Source: Alphaproteobacteria bacterium (lineage in GTDB: Bacteria; Pseudomonadota; Alphaproteobacteria; CBDDJK01). From it: a DNA stretch of 64,000 nucleotides. The position numbers and the translations under genes are program-made. The notes beneath the pieces were generated by a model. It had not been told where the DNA came from and searched no databases. It was given only the letters and a program-made list of their open reading frames with translations. The stretch is taken from positions 2,506,944 to 2,570,943 of the forward strand of contig OZ245892.1 in the NCBI GenBank assembly GCA_965229605.1, read 5' to 3'. Positions 38,152 to 47,563 of this stretch are shown here, piece by piece. Position 1 is the stretch's first letter; each line of letters starts with the position of its first letter.

Positions 38152-39876
38152 ATGAAAAAACCCGACAAGCCGGAAAATTCACCGGAAAACGCAGAAGCTC
38201 CCCTTCAGGATATTATGGGTCAGGCCTGGCAAGCCGTCAAAAATAGCGACTGGCCGCTGGCTGAAAAAAAGGCCCGGCAATGGATCGAACAAAGACCAGA
38301 GGACCAAAAAGCGGTCGAGATCATGGCTGCTGCTGCCGCCAATCAGCGCAATTTTGACGAAGCCGCCTCTTTCTATGAGCGTTTACATGCGCTGGACCCG
38401 GCGCGGGAAACTATTTTGTCGGCCCTCCATCGGGTCTATCTCCAAAAAGCCGACCAGGTGATTGAAGGCCAGGACCCCCGGACGATGGATTTATGGGCCA
38501 CGCGAATCCTGACCACCTTCCCGAACAACAGTGCCGGATTGAACGTCAAAGGTATTTCCAGCCGCCTTCAAGGTAACTTCAAAGCCGCCGCTTCCTTTCA
38601 TCAACAGGGCTTGCAGGCAGAAGGCCTTGCCCCGCAGGAAGAAGCCGCCCATCAGGCCGGGTTGGGGATGGTGGCTCTGGAAACCGAAGACTATGCGGCC
38701 GCCTTTCACGCTTTCACTCGCGCGGTTGAACTGACCCCCGATATTTCCACCTATAAGCATAATCTGGTGGTTGTTCTGTATAGTATGGGCAAGGATGACG
38801 AGGCTTCAGAGCTTCTTTATCAACTCATCGCCGATGAGCCGGAGAATCCGGACTATCTTTATTCACGGGCTCAAATTCGCTTGCGCGCTGGTGACTGGCC
38901 CAAAGGATGGGCTGATTATGAAGCGCGCTGGAACAGTTTTTATATGAAACGCGATGTCGGCAAGGGACTGCGCGGCTATTATACCCGGTTCTTCCCCGAT
39001 ATCCCGGTCTGCACCCGCCAGTTTCTATCTGACCAGTCCCTGCACGGAAAAAGCCTGATTATCTATGGTGAACAGGGCTATGGCGATAACCTGATGGCCT
39101 TGCGGCTTTTGCCTCTGGTTAAGGACAAAACCGGTGCCTCTCCGGTTCTGGTCACCCCGTATGACCCGCTTGTGCCGCTTATGCGCGCTATCCCTGATCT
39201 CGAACGCAGCACAAAAATTGTCCAGGCTGTCGAAGGCATGGCGGTCGAGAAACTTCCGAAAGGCGATGGACATTGCGGTATTTTAAGCCTTTTCCATCTT
39301 TTATCCATCAATAGTCCGGCCGATATACCCCTGATTTCAAAGCCAATATTCAGTGCTGAACATCAAAAAATCTGGCGGGACAGGATAAGCTCTAGCAGGA
39401 GTCGTGAAAAGAACCTGGCCATCGGGGTTGCTTTTGAAGGCAATGCCAAGGCTAAAAATCGCCAAAGCCGGTCGCTTGATCTTTCCCGGCTCTGCGCTGC
39501 TCTGCCTGATGACTGCACAATTCATCTGCTGCAAAAAGACAAAACCCCTGAAATAGAAAAGGTTCTGCAAAACCACTCGTCCATCTTCTTTTGGGGCGAT
39601 ATGATGGATGATTTCACCGATACCGCGCAACTAATCCATGAACTTGATTTTATCGTTACGATTGATACCGCCATCGCCCATCTTGCCGGGCTTCTGCAAA
39701 AACCGGGCTGCCTGCTTTTGCCGACTCCCGGTGAATGGCGGTGGGGCCCGCCGTTTTTACAAGAAAACCGGGGCTATTGCAGGCTTTATCCGCATCTTTA
39801 CGAGCTGCGCCAAAAAACCCCCGGCGCGTGGGATTCAGTGCTGGATCAACTCTCTGATCTTCTTCAAACTATTTAG
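38152..39876 (+). CDS. TPR-repeat protein with C-terminal GT9-like glycosyltransferase domain
   Basis: TPR helices; GWADYEARW, EQGYGD, DFTDTA, VTIDTAIAHLAG, WRW, LYP..RQ..PGAW. Confidence 0.88.
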   Translation: MKKPDKPENSPENAEAPLQDIMGQAWQAVKNSDWPLAEKKARQWIEQRPEDQKAVEIMAAAAANQRNFDEAASFYERLHALDPARETILSALHRVYLQKADQVIEGQDPRTMDLWATRILTTFPNNSAGLNVKGISSRLQGNFKAAASFHQQGLQAEGLAPQEEAAHQAGLGMVALETEDYAAAFHAFTRAVELTPDISTYKHNLVVVLYSMGKDDEASELLYQLIADEPENPDYLYSRAQIRLRAGDWPKGWADYEARWNSFYMKRDVGKGLRGYYTRFFPDIPVCTRQFLSDQSLHGKSLIIYGEQGYGDNLMALRLLPLVKDKTGASPVLVTPYDPLVPLMRAIPDLERSTKIVQAVEGMAVEKLPKGDGHCGILSLFHLLSINSPADIPLISKPIFSAEHQKIWRDRISSSRSREKNLAIGVAFEGNAKAKNRQSRSLDLSRLCAALPDDCTIHLLQKDKTPEIEKVLQNHSSIFFWGDMMDDFTDTAQLIHELDFIVTIDTAIAHLAGLLQKPGCLLLPTPGEWRWGPPFLQENRGYCRLYPHLYELRQKTPGAWDSVLDQLSDLLQTI

Positions 39877-40040
39877 CCGAATTATCACAAACCGCTTGTC
39901 TTTTATGTAAAAATCAAATATATTAAAGTATTCGCATGATATGGCAGAATGCTCTGAAAGCGAATATTGACAGACAAATACAAGTCAAACAGCTGTATAT
40001 CACCGTTATTTCTGGATTGCTCCAAGCAGACCGGAAGATA

Positions 40041-40056
40041 CGGCACAAATATTGCA
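40041..40056 (+). promoter_or_regulatory. sigma54 (-24/-12) promoter
   Basis: CGGCAC-AAATA-TTGCA with correct GG-N10-GC spacing, about 50 nt upstream of SD GGGAGG and ATG 40108. Confidence 0.7.
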
Positions 40057-40107
40057 TATTCTATATCTAATATTTTGGGAAGTAGCCTCTAACTAAGGGA
40101 GGATCAC

Positions 40108-41238
40108 ATGACCGTATCAGGAAGTTTCTATTTGCCGACTGTTTTGTCGCGTATGACGGGATCGACTGGCGAGCCGATGTCGGTTGCGGGGATGCTGAAG
40201 AGTTCCCGCGATTGGGAGAGTCGTAACACCTATACGCCGAACCAGTCTGGGACGATTAATTTACAGAATGCATTGAACAACCGAGATGCGGTTGCGAGTC
40301 GCCAGCGGATTATGCTGGGTGCCATTCAGTTTATCAACGACGTTGCGCAGGAGCGTCGCACGCCGACTGAGGACTGGGAGATGACGGGCGGTTATATGGC
40401 GACGAAGGGTCTTCCGTTTCATGTCGAGGTTAATCAGTCGGGTCAGATTAATGTTTTGCCACAGGAGGACATGATTTCGGAGCTTCCGATCAACCAGCAG
40501 CCGAAGATGCGCGAGGCCCTTGACCGTCTGGAGGAGTTGAAAGCTTTGTTTGACGAGGAAACGACGAAGGATCTTTTGCATACGAAGTTGGAGTATGCGG
40601 TTTTTCGGATTGACGAGTTGAATCTTTTCAAGCCGGCGCAGGATCCCTGGGAGGAGGAGTTTTTGAATCGCCGGGAGATTGGTCGTCCGATGATTGTTGG
40701 TTTGGACAAGGATGGCGAGTTACAAACTTTTGATCAGATTGAGACGAATTTTGAGTATGTTGAGGATGACGATGATCGTTTGAAGCTGCAGTTGGCCGGG
40801 ATGCGCATGGAGTCGATCATTGCGGGTGATGTCGCTGCGGTCGAGAGTTGGGAGACCCTTGCCCTTGGGAAAAGGCTGTCTGGCGACGATTATTTTCTGG
40901 ATGTTGACGAGGATGGCGAGATCGTTGTCCGTGAAAATAATGACAAGATTTCGGGGGCCAATTCGATTTTGCCGAGTTATTTGCAGGAGGATGTCGAGGA
41001 CGAATATTATATCGTGCCGGAGTATCTGCGTGGTGGCGGCAGCTATGATTTCTATAAGGAGAGCTGGGAAGAAAAGGCGATGGAGATGTATCAGAACAAG
41101 ATTCCTTTCCATCTGGATGTCAGCGGCTCTTCTGTCCGGGTGATCGAGACTGATTTTAACGCTACGCGTACGCGTGATCTTTTGTCGGATAATTATTCAT
41201 CGCGGCTCTTGAATGCCCGGGTCAATCTTTTGGTGTAA
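40108..41238 (+). CDS. Hypothetical acidic protein with four internal WE..GxP repeats
   Basis: 376-aa ORF with strong SD; repeats start at W90, W181, W248, W320. Confidence 0.8.
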   Translation: MTVSGSFYLPTVLSRMTGSTGEPMSVAGMLKSSRDWESRNTYTPNQSGTINLQNALNNRDAVASRQRIMLGAIQFINDVAQERRTPTEDWEMTGGYMATKGLPFHVEVNQSGQINVLPQEDMISELPINQQPKMREALDRLEELKALFDEETTKDLLHTKLEYAVFRIDELNLFKPAQDPWEEEFLNRREIGRPMIVGLDKDGELQTFDQIETNFEYVEDDDDRLKLQLAGMRMESIIAGDVAAVESWETLALGKRLSGDDYFLDVDEDGEIVVRENNDKISGANSILPSYLQEDVEDEYYIVPEYLRGGGSYDFYKESWEEKAMEMYQNKIPFHLDVSGSSVRVIETDFNATRTRDLLSDNYSSRLLNARVNLLV

Positions 41239-41412
41239 ATCTCTTGGTGTGAATCTTTTAATGATTCTTTTAATTCAGGGGCCGTTCTGACAGAACGGAC
41301 GTTCAGAATAGAAAAAATCGTTCTTTACAAGAGCGATATCTATCTGGCAGGACAATAAAAGACCCTAAAATATAAGAATATAAGCGTAGCAAACATAAAG
41401 CGGCCCCGTGAT

Positions 41413-42630
41413 ATGAGTCCAGCTTCGGCTATTCCGCCGCTTTCCCGATTTAAGCGCATTGTTGTCAAGGTTGGCTCGGCCCTTCTGGTCAAGGACGGGC
41501 GGGTGCGACAGAAATGGCTGACGGCTCTGGCCCGCGATTGCGCCGAATTTAACAAAAAGGGACAGCAATGTATCATCGTGACCTCCGGGGCTATTGCTCT
41601 TGGTCGCAGCAGCCCGAAAGCCCGGTTTGGCCGTAAAAAAAGCCTGAAACTTGAAGAAAAACAGGCCGCTGCCGCTCTTGGGCAGCCACGCCTGATCGAG
41701 GCCTGGCAGCAAGCCCTTGCCCCGCATGATCTTGATGTCGGGCAGATCCTGCTGACCTTTGAAGATACCGAAGAACGCCGCCGCCATCTCAACGCCCGGG
41801 CCGCCATCTTGCAGCTTCTGGGGCTGGGGACAGTCCCGATTATCAATGAAAATGACAGTGTGGCCACGGCTGAAATCCGCTATGGCGATAATGATCGCCT
41901 GGCCGCACGGGTCGCCACCATGGTCAGTGCCGATTTGCTGGTGCTTTTATCGGATATTGACGGGCTTTACAGTGCTGATCCGCGCCATGATCCCGATGCC
42001 CGCCATTTTCCGGTGATCGAGGCTTTGACCCCCGAAATCATGGCTATGGCAGGCGGAGCCCCGATTGGCTATTCATCCGGCGGCATGGTGACCAAACTCG
42101 AAGCCGCCCGCATCGCCCTTGGTGGCGGCTGTCATATGGTCATCGCCAAAGGCGATCTTGACCATCCATTACGCCAGCTTGAAAAAACACCGGGTCAGCT
42201 TGAAACAACAGCAGGAAACGAAAAATCATCACGCAGCACCTGGTTTTTGCCCTCGGCCACGCCGCAAGCCGCCCGCAAACGCTGGATTGGCGGGGTGCTT
42301 GACCCGAAAGGACGCTTGCGCGTTGACCAGGGGGCGGCACAGGCCCTGCGGCGCGGGTCCAGCCTGCTGCCCAAAGGCATTACCGCCGTTGAAGGATATT
42401 TTGAACGCGGCGATCCGGTTGAAATTCTGGAACAAGACCCCCAAAAACACCAAATTATTGCCATTGGACTATGCGCCTATTCAAGTGCTGAAACCGCCCG
42501 TATTCTATCGTGTCACAGCGATGAAATTGCGTCTGTTCTTGGCTATGCCGGGCGCAACGCGGTTGTCCACCGCGATGATCTGTCCCTGATCGAAAACCCC
42601 AAAACGCCTAAACCTGCCAAACAAAGATAA
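41413..42630 (+). CDS. proB: Glutamate 5-kinase with PUA domain
   Basis: VVKVGSALL, TSGAIALG, PIINENDSV, GDNDRLAA, GGMVTK; C-terminal PUA. Confidence 0.96.
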   Translation: MSPASAIPPLSRFKRIVVKVGSALLVKDGRVRQKWLTALARDCAEFNKKGQQCIIVTSGAIALGRSSPKARFGRKKSLKLEEKQAAAALGQPRLIEAWQQALAPHDLDVGQILLTFEDTEERRRHLNARAAILQLLGLGTVPIINENDSVATAEIRYGDNDRLAARVATMVSADLLVLLSDIDGLYSADPRHDPDARHFPVIEALTPEIMAMAGGAPIGYSSGGMVTKLEAARIALGGGCHMVIAKGDLDHPLRQLEKTPGQLETTAGNEKSSRSTWFLPSATPQAARKRWIGGVLDPKGRLRVDQGAAQALRRGSSLLPKGITAVEGYFERGDPVEILEQDPQKHQIIAIGLCAYSSAETARILSCHSDEIASVLGYAGRNAVVHRDDLSLIENPKTPKPAKQR

Positions 42631-42645
42631 TCAAAAAGGGTGGAT

Positions 42646-43443
42646 ATGAAAATTGACCTGAATTGCGATCTCGGGGAAGTGCTGATTGCCGCAAGCGCAC
42701 CTGATCCAAATAATCGGGATGATATTCTGATGCGCGATAAACAGGTCATGGAATATGTGTCCTCGGTCAATATCGCCTGTGGCGGCCATGCCGGAGACGC
42801 CGATTCAATGACCGAGATCATGGAGCAGGCAAAAGCGCGTGGCATTGCAATCGGGGCGCATCCTTCCTATGCCGACCCGGCCCATTTCGGACGGCGCGAT
42901 CTTGATCTGCCCCGTGAGCAGTTGATCAGTGACCTCTGCCGCCAGCTTGACGATTTTCGTGCCCGCGCACAGGCTTGCGCGGTACAGCCTGCGCATATCA
43001 AGCCGCATGGTGCGCTTTATAACCGCGCCGCGATAGACCCCGATGTCGCCCGCTCCATTCTTGAAGCTATCGGACAGGTCTTTCCCGACCGCGCACAAAT
43101 TGCGGTCATGGGACTGGCTGGCGGGGTGCTGGTGGATGATGCACGCGCCGCCGGACACCCGGTTATCCGCGAAGGATTTGCTGATCGTGCCTATGACGAA
43201 AAGGGGCGGTTGGTCAGCCGCAACATTTCAGGTTCGGTGATTGAGGACCATGATCAGGCCGTAGAACAAGCTATTTCCCTTGCCAAAGCAGAGCCGATTT
43301 CAACGCTTGAAGGCTCAAAGATAACCTTGAAAGTGGACAGTTTATGCCTGCATAGCGATACACCCGCCGCGATTGAACGGGCCAGACAATTATATCAGGG
43401 CTTGACCGCCGCCGGATTTACCATCATAGCGACACCCGCTTGA
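42646..43443 (+). CDS. pxpA: 5-oxoprolinase subunit A (LamB/YcsF)
   Basis: IDLNCDLGE, NIACGGHAGD, GAHPSY, HIKPHGALYN, EGFADRAY, CLHSD. Confidence 0.92.
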   Translation: MKIDLNCDLGEVLIAASAPDPNNRDDILMRDKQVMEYVSSVNIACGGHAGDADSMTEIMEQAKARGIAIGAHPSYADPAHFGRRDLDLPREQLISDLCRQLDDFRARAQACAVQPAHIKPHGALYNRAAIDPDVARSILEAIGQVFPDRAQIAVMGLAGGVLVDDARAAGHPVIREGFADRAYDEKGRLVSRNISGSVIEDHDQAVEQAISLAKAEPISTLEGSKITLKVDSLCLHSDTPAAIERARQLYQGLTAAGFTIIATPA

Positions 43444-43474
43444 CCAACCCGATCAACCCGGCCTAAATAAGGCC

Positions 43475-43969
43475 ATGCAAACAACCGTTAAATCCCGCCT
43501 TTTTCGCCTGTTCTCTATAGCCAAGATAAGGAAAGGCTGGATAATCGCAGCACTGGTCGTGCTTGTTGTGGCAAACCCGGCGCAGGTCCGGGCTGATTCC
43601 GTGGCCTTTATTCCCGGGACCGAGGATATTCCGCTGATGCCTGCCCTTGTTCCTCTGGAAGACGGCACCATGCGCTTTGACACCCCGACCGGACGGGTGG
43701 TTGAAAGTCTGGCGCAAAGCCGCGCCGGGCAATCTCTGTCCCCGCAATCCCTGTCAGACTTTTATAATCAGATATTGCCCGGCCTTGGCTGGCAAACCGA
43801 TGGCACCGGCTTCACCCGCTCCGGCGAGCGGCTGGAAATCAAGGTCTGGCCCAAATCCGACGCATCCAATTCAGACTTATCGACGTTATCCTCCTCCACT
43901 TCAGCTACCTCCGCTGCAAGCAACCAGCCTACCGACATCATCGTCCGCTTCCTCCTGTCCCCGCAGTAA
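43475..43969 (+). CDS. Hypothetical exported protein
   Basis: Signal peptide; FIPGTEDIPLMP, FDTPTGRVVE, FYNQILPGLGW; Ser/Thr-rich insert. Confidence 0.7.
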   Translation: MQTTVKSRLFRLFSIAKIRKGWIIAALVVLVVANPAQVRADSVAFIPGTEDIPLMPALVPLEDGTMRFDTPTGRVVESLAQSRAGQSLSPQSLSDFYNQILPGLGWQTDGTGFTRSGERLEIKVWPKSDASNSDLSTLSSSTSATSAASNQPTDIIVRFLLSPQ

Positions 43970-44210
43970 CCGTTCTAAAAATTTAAAATGGGACTGTCCT
44001 AGATAACTAGCCCATATTCTTTCTAACCTATTGCTTTAGCTGTGATAATTTATTTTTGGGTCAAGGTTGTTAAAACGTCATTCACATTCCTTCAAATATA
44101 GCCCAAAATGAGCCTTGGGAACACCTGTTTGAACTTATTCAAAGCGTCGTCAATTCGGTTATACATTCGTCCTGATCCGGTGCATCTGGCACTTTGAGCG
44201 TGGAGACTGG

Positions 44211-44582
44211 TCACCCATGCCGGGTTTTAAGGATATATCGGCTACCAAGAAAGTTGATGGGTGCTAAAGCGATACTGACCAGAATAATCGCAAAGGCATC
44301 ATTGATACGCATTACATTTGTACTGACTTCGATAATCAAGACACCGGCACAGTAGGAGCATGCATAGAACAGAAAATACCCAAGATAATCCCGCTTTGAT
44401 GCCTTGTCTTTGTTAAAGGTATAAATCGAATTCATATACCAGGAAAATGAAGTAACAATAACAAAAGCTACAAAATAAGCTAAATGGGCGTGAGCAAACT
44501 GCAGCATAAACCAGTAAACCAGCCATCCTGCCAGTGTGTTAAATACGCCGATGATCAAGAATTTCAAGAATTGTTTGCGCAT
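44211..44582 (-). CDS. GtrA-family flippase-like protein
   Basis: QFLKFLIIGVFNT, NSIYTF; 4 TM; 123 aa. Confidence 0.88.
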   Translation of the reverse strand: MRKQFLKFLIIGVFNTLAGWLVYWFMLQFAHAHLAYFVAFVIVTSFSWYMNSIYTFNKDKASKRDYLGYFLFYACSYCAGVLIIEVSTNVMRINDAFAIILVSIALAPINFLGSRYILKTRHG

Positions 44583-44627
44583 GGATATTGCGATTTCTTA
44601 TTGGGAAGCAAGTACGTTGGAAGATGG

Positions 44628-46502
44628 TTATGCTTGCCATGGAGGGGTGTGCGCGCCCATGGGGCAGGCCCCGGCTTGTAACGATAACCAGGCCCATATC
44701 AAAAGCCGATGGTCTTGCTCTGCGTTTTGATGGGCAGTTATCATCTGTTCAAGCGACTCCTTGTGTATTCCCCATTGATCGCTACCCTCAACAGACAAGT
44801 CGTGTTGCTTCAGCCAATATAGCAGGGGAATCCCAAAGCCTTTTTTTGGGCGCTTCAAAATTGAATCCGGCACAATGCCATTGGCAGCTACTTTCAAGAT
44901 TTTCTTGCGATTTTTACCATCAAATTTATATGGTGCTGGCAGTTTTCTGGCAAAATCTACCAATTCATTGTCTAAAAAAACCGACCGCGCTTCCAGGCTA
45001 TTCATCATGGATGCTCGATCCGTTTTGACCAAAACATCATCAGGCAAATAGAAATTGGTGAAATATTCCAGGGTTTTGTCGACAGGGGACTTTTCCGGAT
45101 CTTCCCGCCACAGAGCGAGAACCTCACTAAAGACCTCTTCAACCTGCACATCTTGCTGGAAAAGGTCCTGCAAATCACCCATCGAGGCGGGCCCCATCCA
45201 TGATGGCAGCCATAATTCAGGAGGATGATCCAAACCCTTCATAGTACGGCGTAATTTGAAATCCAGCGACATGTTTCTGCTGGAATAGGGGAGCAGGTCA
45301 ACCAGCTTTTTAATGCCGCAGTGCATGCGCTTTGGCACCACAGATTGATAAATACGTGCAGGAAGCAGGGCTGCAAATGGGTCATAACCGCCAAAAATTT
45401 CATCTCCACCATCACCGCTTAAACAGACGGTGACATATTTGCGGGCAAAACCGCAAAGAAAATACGTTGGCAGGATTGAACTGTCACAAATCGGCTCATC
45501 TATGCGGGGCAAGACTTCTTTCATAAGCTGTCTGGCTTTGTCATAGTTCAAAATCTGGTTCTTGTGGCGTGACCCGATTACATCTGCAACGGTTTGGGCA
45601 TAGGGGCTCTCATCGTAGCTTTTTTCATGAAAACCGATAGAAAAACTTTGAATCGGGTCTGATTGGCAGGTGCTGGCGATACAAGCTACAAGGCTTGAGT
45701 CAATCCCGCCCGATAAAAAGATGCCTAAGGGGACATCACTCATCATTCGGCGCTTGAGTGACTGATGCAAAATTCTCTTCAGTTCTTCTGCTGCCTCCTC
45801 AAAGGATGGAGGTTGCAGATCTGCCTCAATACGAAAAGACCAGTAGCTTTCAATGTCAATAGACTGACAATCAATTTGGTACGTCAGGCTGCTGCCTGGC
45901 TTCAATTTCCAGCAATCAGCATAAAGGCTATTGGGGGCAGGAATATAGCCGTGGGCGAATAGCTTATATAAGGACAGCATATTGGGGTTTGAGTCAAAGT
46001 GCTGATGGTAACGGAAGGCAGATAATTCAGAGGCAAAATAGAAATTGCCTTTCTGGAATCCCCAAAATAAAGGTTTTTCACCAAATCGGTCTCGTGCTAG
46101 AAAAAGCTGCCTTGTTCGTTGGTCAAAGAGGGCGAAAGCAAACATACCATTCAGTTTGCCTGGCAGATCCTGCTGCCATTCCTTCCAGCCATGGACAAGA
46201 ATTTCTGTATCTGAATGGTCTGTACGAAAGACATGACCAAGGCTTTCCAACTCCCGCCGCAATTCACGATGATTGTAAATCTCGCCATTATAGACAACGG
46301 TAATGAGCTGCGAGGCATCCTGCATTGGTTGTAAGCCATCCGCCAAATCAATGACTGCCAGTCGTTGATGTGCCAGGAAAACCGGATGGTTCGGGATCTT
46401 ATGCACACCATGTCCATCGGGACCACGATGCGCCAGACATAGTCCCATATTCCGCGCATCCTCCAGATCGCCACGACCTGCAAAACCGGCGATTCCACAC
46501 AT
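44628..46502 (-). CDS. asnB: Asparagine synthase-type amidotransferase (probably glycan amidation)
   Basis: MCGIAG, HRGPD, NGEIYN, RDRFGEKPL, LSGGIDSS, SGDGGDE, KTDRASMMNSLEAR. Confidence 0.92.
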   Translation of the reverse strand: MCGIAGFAGRGDLEDARNMGLCLAHRGPDGHGVHKIPNHPVFLAHQRLAVIDLADGLQPMQDASQLITVVYNGEIYNHRELRRELESLGHVFRTDHSDTEILVHGWKEWQQDLPGKLNGMFAFALFDQRTRQLFLARDRFGEKPLFWGFQKGNFYFASELSAFRYHQHFDSNPNMLSLYKLFAHGYIPAPNSLYADCWKLKPGSSLTYQIDCQSIDIESYWSFRIEADLQPPSFEEAAEELKRILHQSLKRRMMSDVPLGIFLSGGIDSSLVACIASTCQSDPIQSFSIGFHEKSYDESPYAQTVADVIGSRHKNQILNYDKARQLMKEVLPRIDEPICDSSILPTYFLCGFARKYVTVCLSGDGGDEIFGGYDPFAALLPARIYQSVVPKRMHCGIKKLVDLLPYSSRNMSLDFKLRRTMKGLDHPPELWLPSWMGPASMGDLQDLFQQDVQVEEVFSEVLALWREDPEKSPVDKTLEYFTNFYLPDDVLVKTDRASMMNSLEARSVFLDNELVDFARKLPAPYKFDGKNRKKILKVAANGIVPDSILKRPKKGFGIPLLYWLKQHDLSVEGSDQWGIHKESLEQMITAHQNAEQDHRLLIWAWLSLQAGACPMGAHTPPWQA

Positions 46503-46507
46503 GTGGC

Positions 46508-47464
46508 CTAGCTCTTGACCTTGTTGTAGACAGAACGAATTTTATAGATGTCCTGATTTTGACTTTCGTAATAGGTCCTGATCAGAAGCTCGGCCAGCAA
46601 CCCCATTAACAGACAGGTTATGCCTGTTGACAGAAAGGTGCCCGTGATGACTGGTAATGGCGTCGCACTAAAGGGAATATCGTTAAATAATTTTAAGTAG
46701 ACGGCCCATAACCCGCAACCAAAAGCTCCAGCCAATAATGTCATACCAACACCCCCAAACACATAGATAGGCTTGGTAAGGTATCGGTCCATAAAGGACA
46801 AAATCAACAAATCCAGCAGCACTTTAAAGATGCGATTCAAACCATATTTGGATTTTCCATGAATGCGTGGGCGGTGATTGACGGGTACTTCAGAAATTTT
46901 TCCACCGTACCATTTGGTATAAATCGGCACAAAGCGATGCATTTCTCCGTAAAGCTTAACATGTTCGAGTGAATCGCGGCGATAGGCCTTTAACGAGCAA
47001 CCATAATCATGCAAATGCACCCCCGACACCCTGGAGATAATTGCGTTGGCAACCCGACTTGGAATTTTTCGGGATAATGTTTTATCTTTCCGGTCTTTAC
47101 GCCAACCGGAAACGACATCAAAGCCCTTGTCCAGTTCTTCTAGCAATTTAGGTATTTCTGCAGGGTCGTTTTGCCCGTCACCATCAAGTGCGATAATGAT
47201 TTCACCCTTTGCTGCATCAAATCCGGCCATCATTGCGGCAGTTTGCCCATAGTTCCGACGAAGGTCAATGACGGTCATGGCATCATTTTTGGATGCCTCT
47301 TCATGCAAAACGGATAATGTTGAGTCGGTTGATCCATCATTGATGCAAATCAGTTCCCAAGGCTGCCCAATATCTTGCATGCTTGTTGTGATTTCTACGA
47401 TCAGCGAGCTAATATTACTCTCTTCATTGTAAAATGGGACAATAACGGATAAAGAAATCAACAT
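46508..47464 (-). CDS. GT2 polyprenol-phosphate glycosyltransferase (GtrB/ArnC-like)
   Basis: LSVIVPFYNEE, NDGSTD, RNYGQTAA, DGDGQNDP, two C-terminal TM. Confidence 0.92.
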   Translation of the reverse strand: MLISLSVIVPFYNEESNISSLIVEITTSMQDIGQPWELICINDGSTDSTLSVLHEEASKNDAMTVIDLRRNYGQTAAMMAGFDAAKGEIIIALDGDGQNDPAEIPKLLEELDKGFDVVSGWRKDRKDKTLSRKIPSRVANAIISRVSGVHLHDYGCSLKAYRRDSLEHVKLYGEMHRFVPIYTKWYGGKISEVPVNHRPRIHGKSKYGLNRIFKVLLDLLILSFMDRYLTKPIYVFGGVGMTLLAGAFGCGLWAVYLKLFNDIPFSATPLPVITGTFLSTGITCLLMGLLAELLIRTYYESQNQDIYKIRSVYNKVKS

Positions 47465-47563
47465 ATTTTGTCCTCGCATGAAAGAAATAAACAAATAGTT
47501 TTTATGGCTACTCATACTTCGGAATCAAAGGAAATGCAATTAAAGTTACGTTGGAACAAATTG

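Noticed and set aside
41282-41298. Palindrome CCGTTCTG-A-CAGAACGG
   Set aside because: Single copy and no T tail; function cannot be supported
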